Position numbers and translations under genes: made by a program
Source of the DNA: Octopus sinensis
Lineage: Eukaryota
Length of the DNA: 64,000 bases
Direction of reading: 5' to 3'
Assembly: GCF_006345805.1 (NCBI RefSeq)
Contig: NC_042998.1
Span: 199,020,001 to 199,084,000, forward strand
Shown here: positions 1-12,800 of the stretch, one piece after another
Numbering within the stretch: position 1 is the first letter of the stretch
How the letters are laid out: each line of letters opens with the position of its first letter
The notes under the pieces: model-generated
Databases searched by the model: none
What the model was told of the DNA's origin: nothing
What the model saw: the letters and a program-made list of their open reading frames with translations, nothing else

Positions 1-146
1 GGTATCCAATCTCACCGAGAGAAAGCTTTCCCTGAAACTTCGAGTACGGGTGGCCAACGCATACATAGCATCCGTTATATACTACCGCCTGGCCGTTGTG
101 CCTTGCCTCAGTTCACGTCTGACCAGACTGGAATGCCTATACTTCT
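1..146 (+). mobile_element. Tx1-clade LINE ORF2 fragment (post-RT region), diverged subfamily, runs off window start
   Basis: Frame 2 reads LTERKLSLKLRVRVANAYIASVIYYRLAVVPC, homologous to WAERKLSLKGRTEVVNAYIASIIYYRLTVVPC in the copy near 11300. Confidence 0.75.
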
Positions 147-183
147 ATGAGCTTCGGCTTGGTTTTCTGGGATGGCAGTGGCA

Positions 184-1040
184 TTATTTTTTTATTGCCT
201 CTGGCGTTAGACTGTTGTTAGGCATGATACCTCTGCGTTCTGTGGCTAATTTGTTTGCATCAATATAATCACGGGTGTCATCCATTATCATTTCTCTCCA
301 GATATTGAAACACAGCTCAGCTTTATTACGTCTCGGTTGATTCAGTGCTGCGTAAAATGCTGTCATACTCCTCCTCTCTCGCCCAGCTATTTTTTGCGGT
401 TCTTTCGACATTAGTTTCATTTGGTATTTGTCTGTAGGTGTCAGTGTTAATTTCGTGGCTCTGATCCCCGTCAAGATCATTTCAGACGAGTTTGTTCCAA
501 TTTTCAAATTTTCGACTGCAGGTTGGTTCCCCACTGAAAGGCACATCCCTTGGTGACACGCATGACACACGATGCGGTATAATCCGTTTCTAGTCTTCAT
601 TTTACAAGAAGAATCTATTTTAACCTTACAGACAAAGAAAGATTTTCGTCACTATTCTTGACAGATTTGCTTCATCAAGCTTGGAGGGAGGCTGTCTACT
701 CTTGTTTGGATAGGATGTGCTGCGCTGGTCATCAACACACTATTTACAGCCCTGTAGCAGTGGGTAGTAATAACTCTTCCTGGTATTGCATTGCAACAGT
801 GTTTTGTTATAGGGTCGTGCTTCATTCAGTCTTTTGTCGTACTTGTATTTGTATTGCCTTGTATGTGTATTGCGAGTTGTGTTCTTCAGTTGGGCATCGC
901 TAGCGACATTAAGAGATGGGTCTGTCTGTTTAGGGTTAACCGTTTGAGAGCTTTATCCATGGGTGCAACTGTCCCTTTCCACTGCTTAAAAAGAAACTAA
1001 AGAAACTTGTTACAGCTTTTGTTAAGGGCATTTAAACACC
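184..1040 (-). pseudogene. Highly decayed R4/Dong-like RT N-terminal fragment
   Basis: ORF 184-600 has ILTGIRATKL..EPQK..RR..RRNKAELCFNIW, resembling LLTGIIA..L..EQKGCRR..RRKTNLSMAW of R4-clade RTs; its 5' side abuts (TTA)n at 1043. Confidence 0.45.
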
Positions 1041-1042
1041 GT

Positions 1043-1064
1043 TTATTATTATTATTATTATTAT

Positions 1065-1119
<55 letters not shown>

Positions 1120-1229
1120 GGTGGTGGTGGTGGTGGTGGTGGTGGTGGTGGTAGTAGTAGTAGTGGTGGTGGTGTTGGTGGTGGTGGTGGTGGTGGTGGT
1201 GGTAGTGGTGGTAGTAGTAGTATTAGTAT

Positions 1230-1260
<31 letters not shown>

Positions 1261-1261
1261 T
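1043..1261. repeat. Compound trinucleotide microsatellite (TTA)n(GTA)n(GTG)n
   Basis: Directly visible. Confidence 0.95.
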
Positions 1262-1262
1262 A

Positions 1263-1470
1263 AGGCGGCGAGCTAGCAGAATCATTAGCGCGCCGGACGA
1301 AATGCTTTCGTCCGTCCTTATTTTCTGAATTTCATATTCCGCTGAGGTCGACTTTGCCTTTCGTCCTTTCGAGATCGATAGAATAAGTACCAGTTGAGCA
1401 CGGGCGGTCGATGTAATTCGGCCAACCCCGTCCCGCAAAGTTTTAGGCCTTGATCCTATAATAGAAAGGT
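1263..1470 (+). mobile_element. Old tRNA-derived SINE (family 1 head/core, alternative tail)
   Basis: aggcggcgagctagcag head and gaggtcgactttgcctttcgtcctttcg..aagtaccag core shared with the arrays at 23072 and 57820; tail ggccttgatcctataatagaaagg then (TTA). Confidence 0.7.
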
Positions 1471-1520
1471 TTATTATTATCATAACCATCGACATTATCA
1501 TAATCAGCAGCAGCAGCAGT

Positions 1521-1940
1521 GGAGGCGCAATGGCCCAGTGGTTAGGGAAGCGGACTTGCGGTCGGAGGATCGTGGTTTCGATTCCCAGACCGGGCGTTGT
1601 GTGAGTTTATTGAGCGAAAACACCTAAAGCTCCACGAGGCTCCGGCAGGGGTTGGTGGCGACCCCTGTTGTACTCTTTCGCTGCAACTTTCTCTCACTCT
1701 TTCTTCCTGCTTCTTGTCCCCGACTTCCTACGCAACCGCTGAGCGTGGATGCGCATTCATCCATCCGTCGATGCTCTCGGTGTCGGGGGGGGGGGGGGTG
1801 ACCTGCTTTCTCTTCTGCGGGTCTTACGAATAGCAAAGGACCACGTTTCGGACTTCTCCCACTCTGGGACGAAGACCGCTAAGCTCAACAGCAACAGCAA
1901 CAGCAGCAGCAGTAGCAACAGCAGCAGCAGCAGCAGCAGC
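1521..1940 (+). mobile_element. tRNA-derived SINE (family 3) with (CAA/CAG)n tail
   Basis: A box TGGCCCAGTGG, B box GGTTTCGATTCC; CAG repeats on both sides. Confidence 0.7.
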
Positions 1941-2185
1941 ATCGTTGTCATCGTCATCATTATAATCCCCCTTTTTCCTTCCCCCTGGCACCTTCTTCAT
2001 AAAACTCATCACTTTCCATCCACACTGCTCACTTTCTGTATTTGTCCTTCAAACGTCCCCCCCCCCCGGCCGTTCTTTCTCACTTTATGACTTTCATCAC
2101 TTTCCCATGCTCCCTTTTCTTCTTAACCTCCTTCTCTCCTTATGCCTTCTTCAACTTCCATCTAACTCCATTCTGTTTCTCACAA

Positions 2186-2737
2186 TCTCTTCCTTGCTCC
2201 TTTTTCTCCTTCTCTCTCCCGCTCTCCTTTTCTTCTTCTCTCTCTCCTTTTTCTCCTTCTCTCCCGCTCTCCCTTTTCTCCTTCTCTCTCTCCTTTTTCT
2301 CCTTCCCTCTCGCTCTCCTCTCTCCTGCTCTCTTTTTCTCCTCTCTCTCCCTCCTTTTTCTCCTTCTCTCCCGCTCTCCTTTTTCTCCTTCTTTGTCTCC
2401 CCCATATTTCTCCTTCTCTCTCCCTCTCTCCTTTTTCTCCTTCTCTCTCTCGCTCTCCATTTTCTCCTTCTCTCTCTCCCCTTTTCCCCCTTCTCTCTCT
2501 CCTTTTTCTCCTTCACTCCCGCTCTCCATTTCTCCTTCTCTCTCTCTCCTCTTTTTCCCCTTCTCTCTCTCCTTTTTCTCCTTCTCTCCCGCTCTCCTTT
2601 GTCTCCTTCTCTCTCTCTCCCCCCTTTTCCCCTTCTCTCTCTCCTTTTTCTCTTTCTCTCCTTTTTCTCCTTCTTTCCCGCTCTCCTTTTTCTCCTTCTC
2701 TCTCTCTCTCTCCCCCCTCTTCTCAGTTCTTCTCTCA
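2186..2737. repeat. Homopyrimidine minisatellite (units like ctctcctttttctccttctctcccg)
   Basis: ~550 bp almost entirely C/T with a recurring ~25-30 bp unit. Confidence 0.9.
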
Positions 2738-2839
2738 CTCAATTGTTCCGCTAAGCGTGGGCGGAAGTGGAAACAAGGAACATTGAAAACACACATCGTC
2801 GGAACTAGCAGCTACGATTACAGCGACGACCACAGCAGC

Positions 2840-2873
<34 letters not shown>

Positions 2874-3072
2874 GCAGCAGCAGCAGCAGGAATAACAAAT
2901 CAATTAAACAGTCAAAAAAAACAATAACAACAGACAAAATAACAAAAGGAAAAACAAAAACAATAGACTCAACGGCATCGACAGAAGTAATGAAAACCAT
3001 GAAAATATCAATAGCAACAACAATAACAACAACAGTAACAACTAGATCAACAGCGTGTGTGTATATCCCTTA

Positions 3073-3674
3073 AGTGAGTGTGCGTGTGTGTGAGTGTGCG
3101 AGTGTGTGTGTGTGTGAGTGTGAGTGTGTGTGTGTGTGTGAATATGTGTGTGTGTGAGTGTGTGTGTGTGTCTGTGTGTGTTTGTGTGAGTGTGTGCGTG
3201 TGTGAGCGTGTGTGTGTGTGTGTGTGTTTGTGTGAGTGTGTGCGTGTGTGAGCGTGTATGTGTTTGTGTGAGTGTGTGCGTGTGTGAGCGTGTGTGTGTG
3301 TGTGAGCGTGTGAGTGTGTGCGTGTGTGAGCGTGTGTGTGTGTGCCTTTGAGTGCGCGAGTGTGTGGAGGGAAGAGAGGGATTGAATGTGTGTGCATTTA
3401 ATTGTATACTTTTAAACGGATATATATATACATATATATATATATATGTGTATGTATATTGCACATGTAATGTATATATTTACATACATGTATACATCTA
3501 CATAAGTATATGTATATCGATATGCATATATATATATATACATAAAAACACACCCACATAAACATCTCTCTATCTCTCCCCCCTCTCTCTCCCACTCTCT
3601 CTCTATCCCACTTTCTCTCTCTCTCTCTCTCTCTTCCTTATCTATTGATCTAGTTATCTATTTCTCCCCCTCTG

Positions 3675-3717
<43 letters not shown>

Positions 3718-3835
3718 GTATATGTATATATGTATATATACATATATATATATACATACACATATATATATATATATAATATATATATGTATATGCATAT
3801 ATGTATATATATATACATACATATATATATATACG

Positions 3836-3879
<44 letters not shown>

Positions 3880-3956
3880 TATATATATAAATAAACATAT
3901 ATATATAGTTAATCCAAACATGAAAACACAACGCGAGCACGTGAAACAAGTAGGTG

Positions 3957-3997
<41 letters not shown>

Positions 3998-4062
3998 TAT
4001 ATTTCCAAGTAAGTATATATATATATATATATGTATATTTATACACACACACACACACACAC
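3073..4062. repeat. Dinucleotide microsatellite block (TG, TA, CT, CA)
   Basis: Directly visible. Confidence 0.9.
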
Positions 4063-4083
4063 AAACACATAGATGGATGGATG

Positions 4084-4144
<61 letters not shown>

Positions 4145-4145
4145 A

Positions 4146-4236
<91 letters not shown>
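4084..4236. repeat. (GATA)n microsatellite, no LINE inserted
   Basis: Directly visible. Confidence 0.95.
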
Positions 4237-4870
4237 TGTCTGTGTGTGCCATAGAGTATAGGTATGCAGTTATAAGTTGTATTTGTAACCGTTAATAAGT
4301 CAGCAGTTAATTCATTGGTGTTGATCAAAATGTAATGTAATCTTCTGGAAAGACAGGTTTTGTTTACCAAAGCATCGATTTTACGAATACCTCCTACGTA
4401 ACTGATAAAACTGAAGGATGCTTTATAAAATATCAACACTTATACATACATAAGTATATATATACATACAACCACACATCTATGTGCATGAAGTTGTCTA
4501 TAAGTATATATATATATTCAAACATATATATATATATACGTATATATACATATATACATATATACATGTATGTATGTATATGTCTATGATTATAATGTAA
4601 AGAGATCCGTTTGTTATTACTTCCGGTAACGCATGCGCAATGATACACAGTAACTGGTCGGCGTTTACCTACAGCATATCTATACATGGGTGCCCCAAAA
4701 ACTTTCTTTCCTCATAACTTTCAGAACGGTAGATATTTTTAATGAAATTTTCCAAAACTACGGGTATATCGGAATTTGCTTGTAAAAATATTGTTTTAGA
4801 AATAAAATGTGATGTGTGTCATTATATATGTAGGCTATCCCACAAATTTTTACTTTCGTATTAAATTCTG

Positions 4871-4911
<41 letters not shown>

Positions 4912-4926
4912 CACACACAAGACAGA

Positions 4927-5477
4927 ATGAGAGAATTGCTGGCCATAAGAAGCATCGAATGTGGCGTGCAAGAGAGACGTTTGCGCTGGTATGGTCATGC
5001 ACTACGGATGGATGAGGAGAGATGTGTGAAGAAGTGCCACTCCCAAACAGTTGAAGGAATCCGGGGTAGAGGTAGAGCCAGGAAAACATGGGATGAGGTG
5101 GTCAAGCATGACCTTCGAACGTTGGGCCTCACAGAGGCAATGACGAAAGACGGAGACCTCTGGAGATATGCTGTGACTGCAAAGACCCGACAAATAACGT
5201 GAGTTCATGGTTGTTTCCTGCACCAGTTTCGCATAGCAGCCCCAGCCCATCCAAAGTACCTTGGATCGTAGGACGGCCTGCTGTGCTTACCTTGGATCGC
5301 AGTGCTTGAGGAGACCTATTGAGTCAAGTACATCAACATCAAAATAAAAATCAAATGGAAATTGTAGTAGTGATACCCGTAAAAAGCACCATCCGAACGT
5401 GCCGATGCCAGCGCCGCCTTGACTGTGGCACGTAAAAAGCACAGACCGATCGTGGCCGTTGCCAGCCTCCCCTGGCA
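4927..5477 (+). mobile_element. RTE-clade LINE 3' fragment (ORF C-terminus 4927-5202 plus probable 3' UTR)
   Basis: RRLRWYGHALRMDEERCVKKC..EGIRGRGRARKTWDEVVKHDL..LGL..DLWR matches the typical RTE C-terminal motif; 3' boundary approximate. Confidence 0.8.
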
Positions 5478-7977
5478 ATTTGATATTTAGAGTAGTTTTA
5501 AATGCTGTAGTTCAGCATCAAGTGTATCTTCAGGATACATATATTGTTTTATATAAAGAACTTCAACTTATTCATAAGATGTTATTTTGGTTCAAAAATT
5601 GGAAAAAAATACCGAATATATATCTTCTAAGATTTCAGATCTTACAGTAATATTAGAGAAGATGGAATGCTCACCAACTATTGTTATTAAGTAATATCTG
5701 CATTATTTTAAATTAAATATTTTTTTTTAATATAAATCCCAAGACATGATTTTTTGCAATTTTCGGTTGTCACTTTTTCTACATTGGTCGAGTTAAAAGA
5801 ACTGATCTTTAGTGTCTAAGAGACTTGAGCTAGTGAGGATTAAAGAAACATATTTTTCAAGATATGGTATCAAACCTATTTGGAATGATGGACCCCTGAA
5901 AATAAAAGAAATTCAATATTTCGAAAATTTCGTAAAACTGCCTAAAATTTTAAATGGCCATAAAATCTGATAGGTAACAAGTGTGGGACCAAATTTTCAG
6001 AAATTACTCCTTTCACGGATTCTAACAACTTGTGTAAATTTGAAGGAAATATAAAAATCTTCGCGACGGACCCTTGATGAATTTCACTGGAATGACCTAT
6101 ATAATAAAAATCGCTACCTTTCGCAAAGGTTGTTTTTTAAGCAAACAAAAGAATTTTAAATAAGTGTATATAAAAATAACTTCTTAGTACGGAAATCAGA
6201 AATGTCTATATCATATTGCATCAACTCTCTGTTAATCATTGCAGTTCTTTGTTTGACTCTTCCAGAATTTTGTTTCGTCCAACATCATTTTAACATTCCA
6301 GGATCTAAATATCAATTTGTTGTGTTTTGTTGTTGTTTCTTAACATAGACATGGGGATTAAACTGAACATGGTGAACCAGCCGCCATATTATTTACAATA
6401 TGTATGTCTTTATAATTTTCCACAAGCTTTTATTCACTTGCGGATAAATGAGCGGTTTTTATTCCGACATCTATCAATATATTTTCATATTGGAACAGGT
6501 ATCGTTATTTCTAAACAGGGTTATCTGTTCTCTTGAGCAGGTTCTTCAGCTGCTGCACACTTCGCTATTCCCATAACTACCACAATCATGTCTCCAATGC
6601 GCAAATACTTGAAACTTGGTAGAAATGCATATAAATTTACCAAGACTAAAAAGTGATATGAGCATCTTGCAGGTCAAAAGTGAACTCCATAAGAAGTATT
6701 TACTTCCAGAAGATCTTCCATATGATCCAAGAACTATCTCAGCTCAACAAAGGTCCAGATAAGAAACTCCAAGTAAAGTTATACATGAATATGTTTTCGT
6801 AAACTTGAGGATGATACTAATATCGACAAACAGTGTAGCATTTCTTGGTATCGTGATCGCCCTATCACATTTTGGAGCTTATATATTCGCTATCTAAGAG
6901 CATGAGATAGTTTCAAAATACTCGACGATATAAAGATACAATGGAGCATTTAAACCCACCAGGACTCGAGAGGAAATGTCAATTACGTCATATTTCTTAG
7001 AAAGAAATTTGTGCCTGCCATCAGCACGTGTTCCGAAATGTCATCAAAGTAATTCCGTCCAATGCGTCCATACGGTAATACTAAAACAATACATGATGTT
7101 ATTCAAAGGAAATATTTCTCTGGGAGCAATACAGAAAATATTTCTGCTCTTCATTGTATACATATATTTCAAAACAAGGAACACTAATGGAACATTCTCA
7201 TCAAAACGTCCAACCAATTTAAACGTAGCTGCTTGCTGCAGAAAAGAAAAATTATGTGCGTTCATAGAGGACAGCTGCTCTGGACTTAACTTTCAAAATC
7301 AGTGAAAAAGAGAATATTTATGAGCAGTTGCCTCGAAATCAGCAATTGCTCTACTTGGGTTATAGATATATATATTTGTATTCATGCATACACTCTGGTG
7401 TGTAAGTTTCTAAGTAGGATTCTCAAAAAGGTGACATTTTAAAAGGGAAAAGTGGTCAATTACGGCACAGCTTTCTCACATTGTCCGAAAGCGAAGGCAT
7501 TTTTACAGAAAGAATTCAAATAATTAAGAAAAGATAGCATACACTCATGAACACATATGCAATATGCACACACATCTATCTATATGGGTATATACATGTG
7601 TGTGGGTGCGTTCGTGCGTGCGTGCGTGCGTGCGTGCGTGTGTCTGTGTGTGTGTGTCTGTGTGCGTGCGTGTGTGTGCGTGTGTGTGTGTATGCGTGTG
7701 TATGTGTGTCTGTGTGCGTGCGTATGTGTGTGTGTGTGTGTGTGCGTGTGTGTGTGAGCGTGTGTGTGTGCGTGTGTGTGTGTGTGTGTATGTATGTGTG
7801 TGTGTGTGTGTGTGCGTCCGTGTGTGTGCGTGTGTGTGTGTGTGTGTTTGTAGGGACAGTAAGGGAGAGAGGTGACCACAATTTACACACGGATGAAGCA
7901 GAAAAGGGGCCAGGTGAGATGTTTCTTTACGAGAGATTTTACAACAATCTGCATGCAATCCATGTTTCATATCCATA

Positions 7978-8388
7978 TAGGCGCAGGAGTGGCTGTGTGG
8001 TAAGTAGCTTGTTTACCAACCACATGGTTCCGGGTTCAGTCCCACTGCGTGGCACCTTGGGCAAGTGTCTGCTACTATAGCCTCGGGCCGACCAAAGCCT
8101 TGTGAGTGGATTTGGTAGACGGAAACTGAAAAGAAGCCCGTCGTATATATGTATATATATATGTGTGCGTGTGTGTGTTTGTGTGTCTGTGTCTGTTCCC
8201 CTAGCATTGCTTGACAACCGATGCTGGTGTGTTTATGTCCCCGTTACTTAGCGGTTCGGCAAAAGAGACCGATAGAATAAGTACTGGGCTTACAAAAGAA
8301 TAAGTCCCGAGGTCGAGTTGCTCGATTAAAGGCGGTGCTCCAGCATGGCCGCAGTCAAATGACTGAAACAAGTAAAAGAGTAAAAGAG
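7978..8388 (+). mobile_element. tRNA-derived SINE (family 2) with internal (TA/TG) microsatellite
   Basis: Head ggcgcaggagtggctgtgtggtaag, B-box-like gggttcagtcc, CORE-like caccttgggcaagtgtct, tail ggcggtgctccagcatggccgcagtc..tgaaacaagtaaaaga. Confidence 0.8.
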
Positions 8389-9200
8389 TATACAAAGATG
8401 AAACCACAAACAGCCTGGTAGACAAGAAAACTTGGTATGAAAGCTGAGATGTTTATATCTGGAAACCACCTTTCTGAAATTATAAGGGAAGCTTTAGAAT
8501 CCAGCGAGCAACCATCAGAAAGTAAGCTACGTAGATATCTGAAAAGGAGGGGATTTAGTTACTATTGATGTTGCAACAAGTAAACTGGAAGAAGAACGGG
8601 TTTGTACAGTGGGTAGTTCGCAAATAATCCCAGTGTTCTGGATATGAAATATCAGTCTGGTATTTTATAAGCTGCCGATATGGTGATATGCAGAGCTCCG
8701 GAAATGTGACCTGCCAGAGAAGCTATCAACATACAGCAGTTCTTTAATCTGGTCCAATCTGGGCTAATTGGTGGCATAAAGCCTTCTAACTTCAAGTTAC
8801 AAGTCATAGCGTCAGCAAGTGCAATCCATAGCCGTGAGTCGAACTCATTGTTATGTGTTAAAACAGGTATGTATATATATATATCTGTGTTTGCGTGTGT
8901 GTGTGTGTATGTGTATACATGCACATATACATTCAGTATACCTACCTGGACATCCCCTTCTTTATGCATGTACCAGATGTGACACAAACTGCACAGATTG
9001 ATGCAACACAACTAGATGCACAAGATACTACCCATAACGAACAGTTGGAAGATGAATCGAAACGATCGTCGTACTGAATAAAGAGTACTGCTAAATCTCT
9101 TATGTTTCCTTCATCAGTTATGTATACATATATGTGTGTCTATATGCTTGTGCGTGTTTGTGTATGTGTGTGTCCGTGTGTATGTATATGCACATATATG

Positions 9201-9251
<51 letters not shown>

Positions 9252-9361
9252 ATATATATATAATATATATATATATACATATATGTGTGTGTGTGTGTGT
9301 GTGTGTATTTTCTGTATGTATGTGTATATATATGAATGTAGGAATTTGTGTATGCAGGTAC

Positions 9362-9396
<35 letters not shown>

Positions 9397-9445
9397 TACA
9401 TATATATATATTTATTTATTTATGAAATGACCTTCAACAACGCGG

Positions 9446-9484
9446 ATCTAATCGGAGGTCGATATTATCGACCTCCGATTAGAT
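9446..9484. repeat. Perfect 19-bp-arm palindrome with 1-nt loop
   Basis: atctaatcggaggtcgata-t-tatcgacctccgattagat. Confidence 0.9.
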
Positions 9485-9642
9485 GCTAATACTATAAAAT
9501 GGCTATAAGCTGTTTAGGTCAATATCATGAATACACCAATACTCGTTCTCATCTATAATGTATTGAATCCTTTGTTGGACAGCAGCCTTTCCATCCAGCT
9601 GGACGACAGTAACGAAGACAGAGATAAACAGACATGCATATG

Positions 9643-9652
<10 letters not shown>

Positions 9653-9720
<68 letters not shown>

Positions 9721-9792
9721 TAGATAGATAGATAGATAGATACATAGATAGATAGATAGACAGACGACAGACAGACAGACAGACAGACAGAC

Positions 9793-9860
<68 letters not shown>
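9653..9860. repeat. (TA)n(GA)n(GATA/GACA)n microsatellite; left flank of Tx1 copy 1
   Basis: Directly visible. Confidence 0.95.
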
Positions 9861-9861
<1 letters not shown>

Positions 9862-12800
9862 TGTTTCTTTATTAGCCACACAGGGCTGCACACAGATAGA
9901 ACAAATTACAAGGTAGAACTTTTCTTTTGGAGGTAAAAAAAATTTAAAAAATTAAAATTAAAATTAAAAAAAAAAAGGCTGGGGTCGATCAAAAGGGATC
10001 GTAAAAGGAGAGAAAGCGGACAAAAAAGGGGGGGTTAAAAAAAAGGGGGAGAGGAAAAAAATTGATCAATAGGGATCGTTATCACTGAAATGTCAATATG
10101 AAGTGTAAAGGGGAGGACAGGTGAGGTTTACCCGTGGAAAGAAAAGCCTACGGAAAAGACCACGGTAACCTCGGTCAATGAAGTCACATGTTATATTTCT
10201 TTTTTTTTTTTTTGCAAATAAGCAACTCTCTGTATTAATTTTTACGGTTCATAGAATCATAGTCAAGGTGGCTTCGTCATTCATACGTGCCATCCTTGCT
10301 ACATTCACCATCTTTTTTAAAACATTCACTAGACAAAACTTGCCTCTCTACTCTCACTTTTTTCTTCAAGTGATACTTGAAGAAGTTGATGAGAGATTGA
10401 CCAGAGAGGAAAGTGTTTGTCTCTAATCCTTTCAGACGCGTCCACCAGATACATTCTTTCGCCATAGCCACAAGTATGATAAAAATAGCTCTTCCTTCCC
10501 GTTTGAAGGAAGGAGGCCGTGACGATATTAACGATAGACTCGGCTGATAAACCGACACGTCCCACACGTGACAGCAGTCGTTCGACATAAGCCCACAGGT
10601 GGGAAATTGCTGGACACTGCACGATTGCGTGCAGAGCGGTTTCGTCGCTCTGCCCGCATCTCGGGCAGGTCGGCCCCGTGTTTCTCGAGCCATGCCTATA
10701 GAGCTTATCCCGAACGGGTAGCGCTTCTCGGTAGCACCGCCAGGCCAGGGATCTCTGGAAGTTGTCCATAGGTCCCGGGCCGAAAGTCGTTTGAAACAGG
10801 CGGGTCAGGTATTCCTCGTCGACGACCAGGTTTGCCCCGAGCTCGTCGTCGTACCTCCCCTCCACTAATCCCCTATAGAATGCTTTGGTTGTGTTGAAGT
10901 CACTCAAGGTCGACCCGGGACGGCAGAGTTGCTTGAGAACAACGCGACACTCGCGGTGCCATTCGCCCTTCTTCGGCCTCTTTTTGATCCACGACTGTAG
11001 TTCGGTCATGGAGACGAGTTGCGGGAATGCGTGCCTCACAAACGGCGACCACACCTGTTCACCGTCGTCTACATAGAGCCGGAGATGTCGCAGTCTCAGC
11101 GCGTGTCTGCGCATCATCAACCACGGCATGCCCAGCCCTCCTTTTAACGGGTGTTGACAGCAAATGGATCGCCTGACCATCGGGACGCATCCTTTCCACA
11201 AGAAGCGGAAGAGGATGCGTTCTAGTTTGGTGATGGTAGGGTCGGGACAAGGTACGACGGTCAGGCGGTAGTAGATGATGGACGCGATGTACGCGTTCAC
11301 CACCTCCGTCCGACCTTTTAGGGACAGTTTCCTCTCGGCCCATTGCTGGGCGAGAGTGACCACCCTACTCGCGTTATCTCGTTCCAGTTCTTCTCCATTT
11401 GGAGGTCCGGACCGAACCAGACCCCGAGCAACTCAACCGGGCCGTCTGTCCAGGTCCCACGACGGAGGTACTGGTGGACGGCATGGGCTTGCTTCTCCAG
11501 GTGCCGAGCCGCAAGCCCACTGACTTTTCCCGGTTGATTTTTGCTCCTGTCACCGCTTCGTAGTCTTTCAGTGTCTCGCCGACCCGCTCGATGTGCTCGT
11601 GGCTTGACACTATGACGGTGACGTCGTCCGCGTATGCAGACAACGCTCGTCCCGCATCCTAATTCTTCGCGGGATGCCCCTCAGAGTCGCCAGCTTCCGC
11701 AATAGTGGCTCAAGAGTCAATACGTATAGAAGCGCCGAGAGGGGGCATCCCTGACGGACCGAACGTGCAATGTCGAAGGATCTCGATAGATGTCCATTTA
11801 CGCGAATTACCGAACGGATGCCTCTGTACAAGGCAGCTATCCAGCCGCGGAAGACGGGACCGAAACCAGCCGCTCTCAGGACTGCCTCCAAGTATCGATG
11901 GTCTACCCTATCAAAGGCTTTCGATTGATCCAAGTTGATCAGGGCCCCACCCATGCCAGGTTCGTTAACTACCCTGTCTATGATGTAGCGCATCAGATGG
12001 AGGTTGTCATGGATGCTCCGGCCCGGCACGGCGCACGTTTGTGCGTTGTCGACCAGTTTCTCCATGACAAGCGCCAACCTCTTGGCTAACACCTTTGTCA
12101 AAATTTTCAGGTCTGCATTGAGCAGAGTGATTGGCCTAAAGTTATCTATAATGTTTCCCTTGTTTGGATCTTTCTTCAGCAGAGTTACAGCTCCTCGACT
12201 CACAAAACCGGGTATGCTCCCGTTTTGCTGCCAGTTGCAGTATACCGCTGCCAAGACGTCTCCAAACAAGTCTGGCATACAATAGTAAAATTCGTAGGGT
12301 AGACCATCCAAACCCGTGATTTGTCCCTCGAGCATTCTGCCATCGCTTCCCCCGCACTTCCGCCGCGTGATGGCACCTTCGCAGCACCCTGCCTTTCTTG
12401 TCGAGAGTCGTGGCAGGCTATGTAGGTAGGCACTGAAGTCTACCCTACGTTCTTGCCCTCCACTCGTCCCGAACAGTCGGGCAAAATGCTGCTGAAAGCC
12501 TCACACATTTTACTTGGCTCGAGCAATTCGCGCCCCTGTTCATCTACCAGTGACCGAATGGTGGCTTTGTTGCCCTGTTGCGCCTCTGCCACCCGGGCCT
12601 CTCTCGCGGCTCCAACACCTTCGTTCCTTAGAGCACGCATCCTAGCTCTGACAGCACATCCTTCGTGTTTGGCGTTGAAGTGTTGGTCGAGGGCCAACCT
12701 CGCCGCCAAAACGTCGGATGCGATGCCGCTTCTAATTGCCTCTTCTAGCTTCTTAACTAGCTCACCCTCTACTCTATTTCTATCTATGGCTAGTGCTTTG

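Noticed and set aside
1007-4252. Long ORFs such as poly-V, SL/RE-rich, HT, YI and IYLS repeats (also throughout the window)
   Set aside because: They are translations of micro- and minisatellites with no domain content.
4680-4850. Possible Tc1/mariner TIR start (ta-catgggtgccccaaaaa)
   Set aside because: No matching opposite end or coding remnant was found.
6700-7305. Hydrophobic stretch and 109-aa ORF suggestive of a membrane-protein pseudogene
   Set aside because: No recognisable motif; many stops in all frames.
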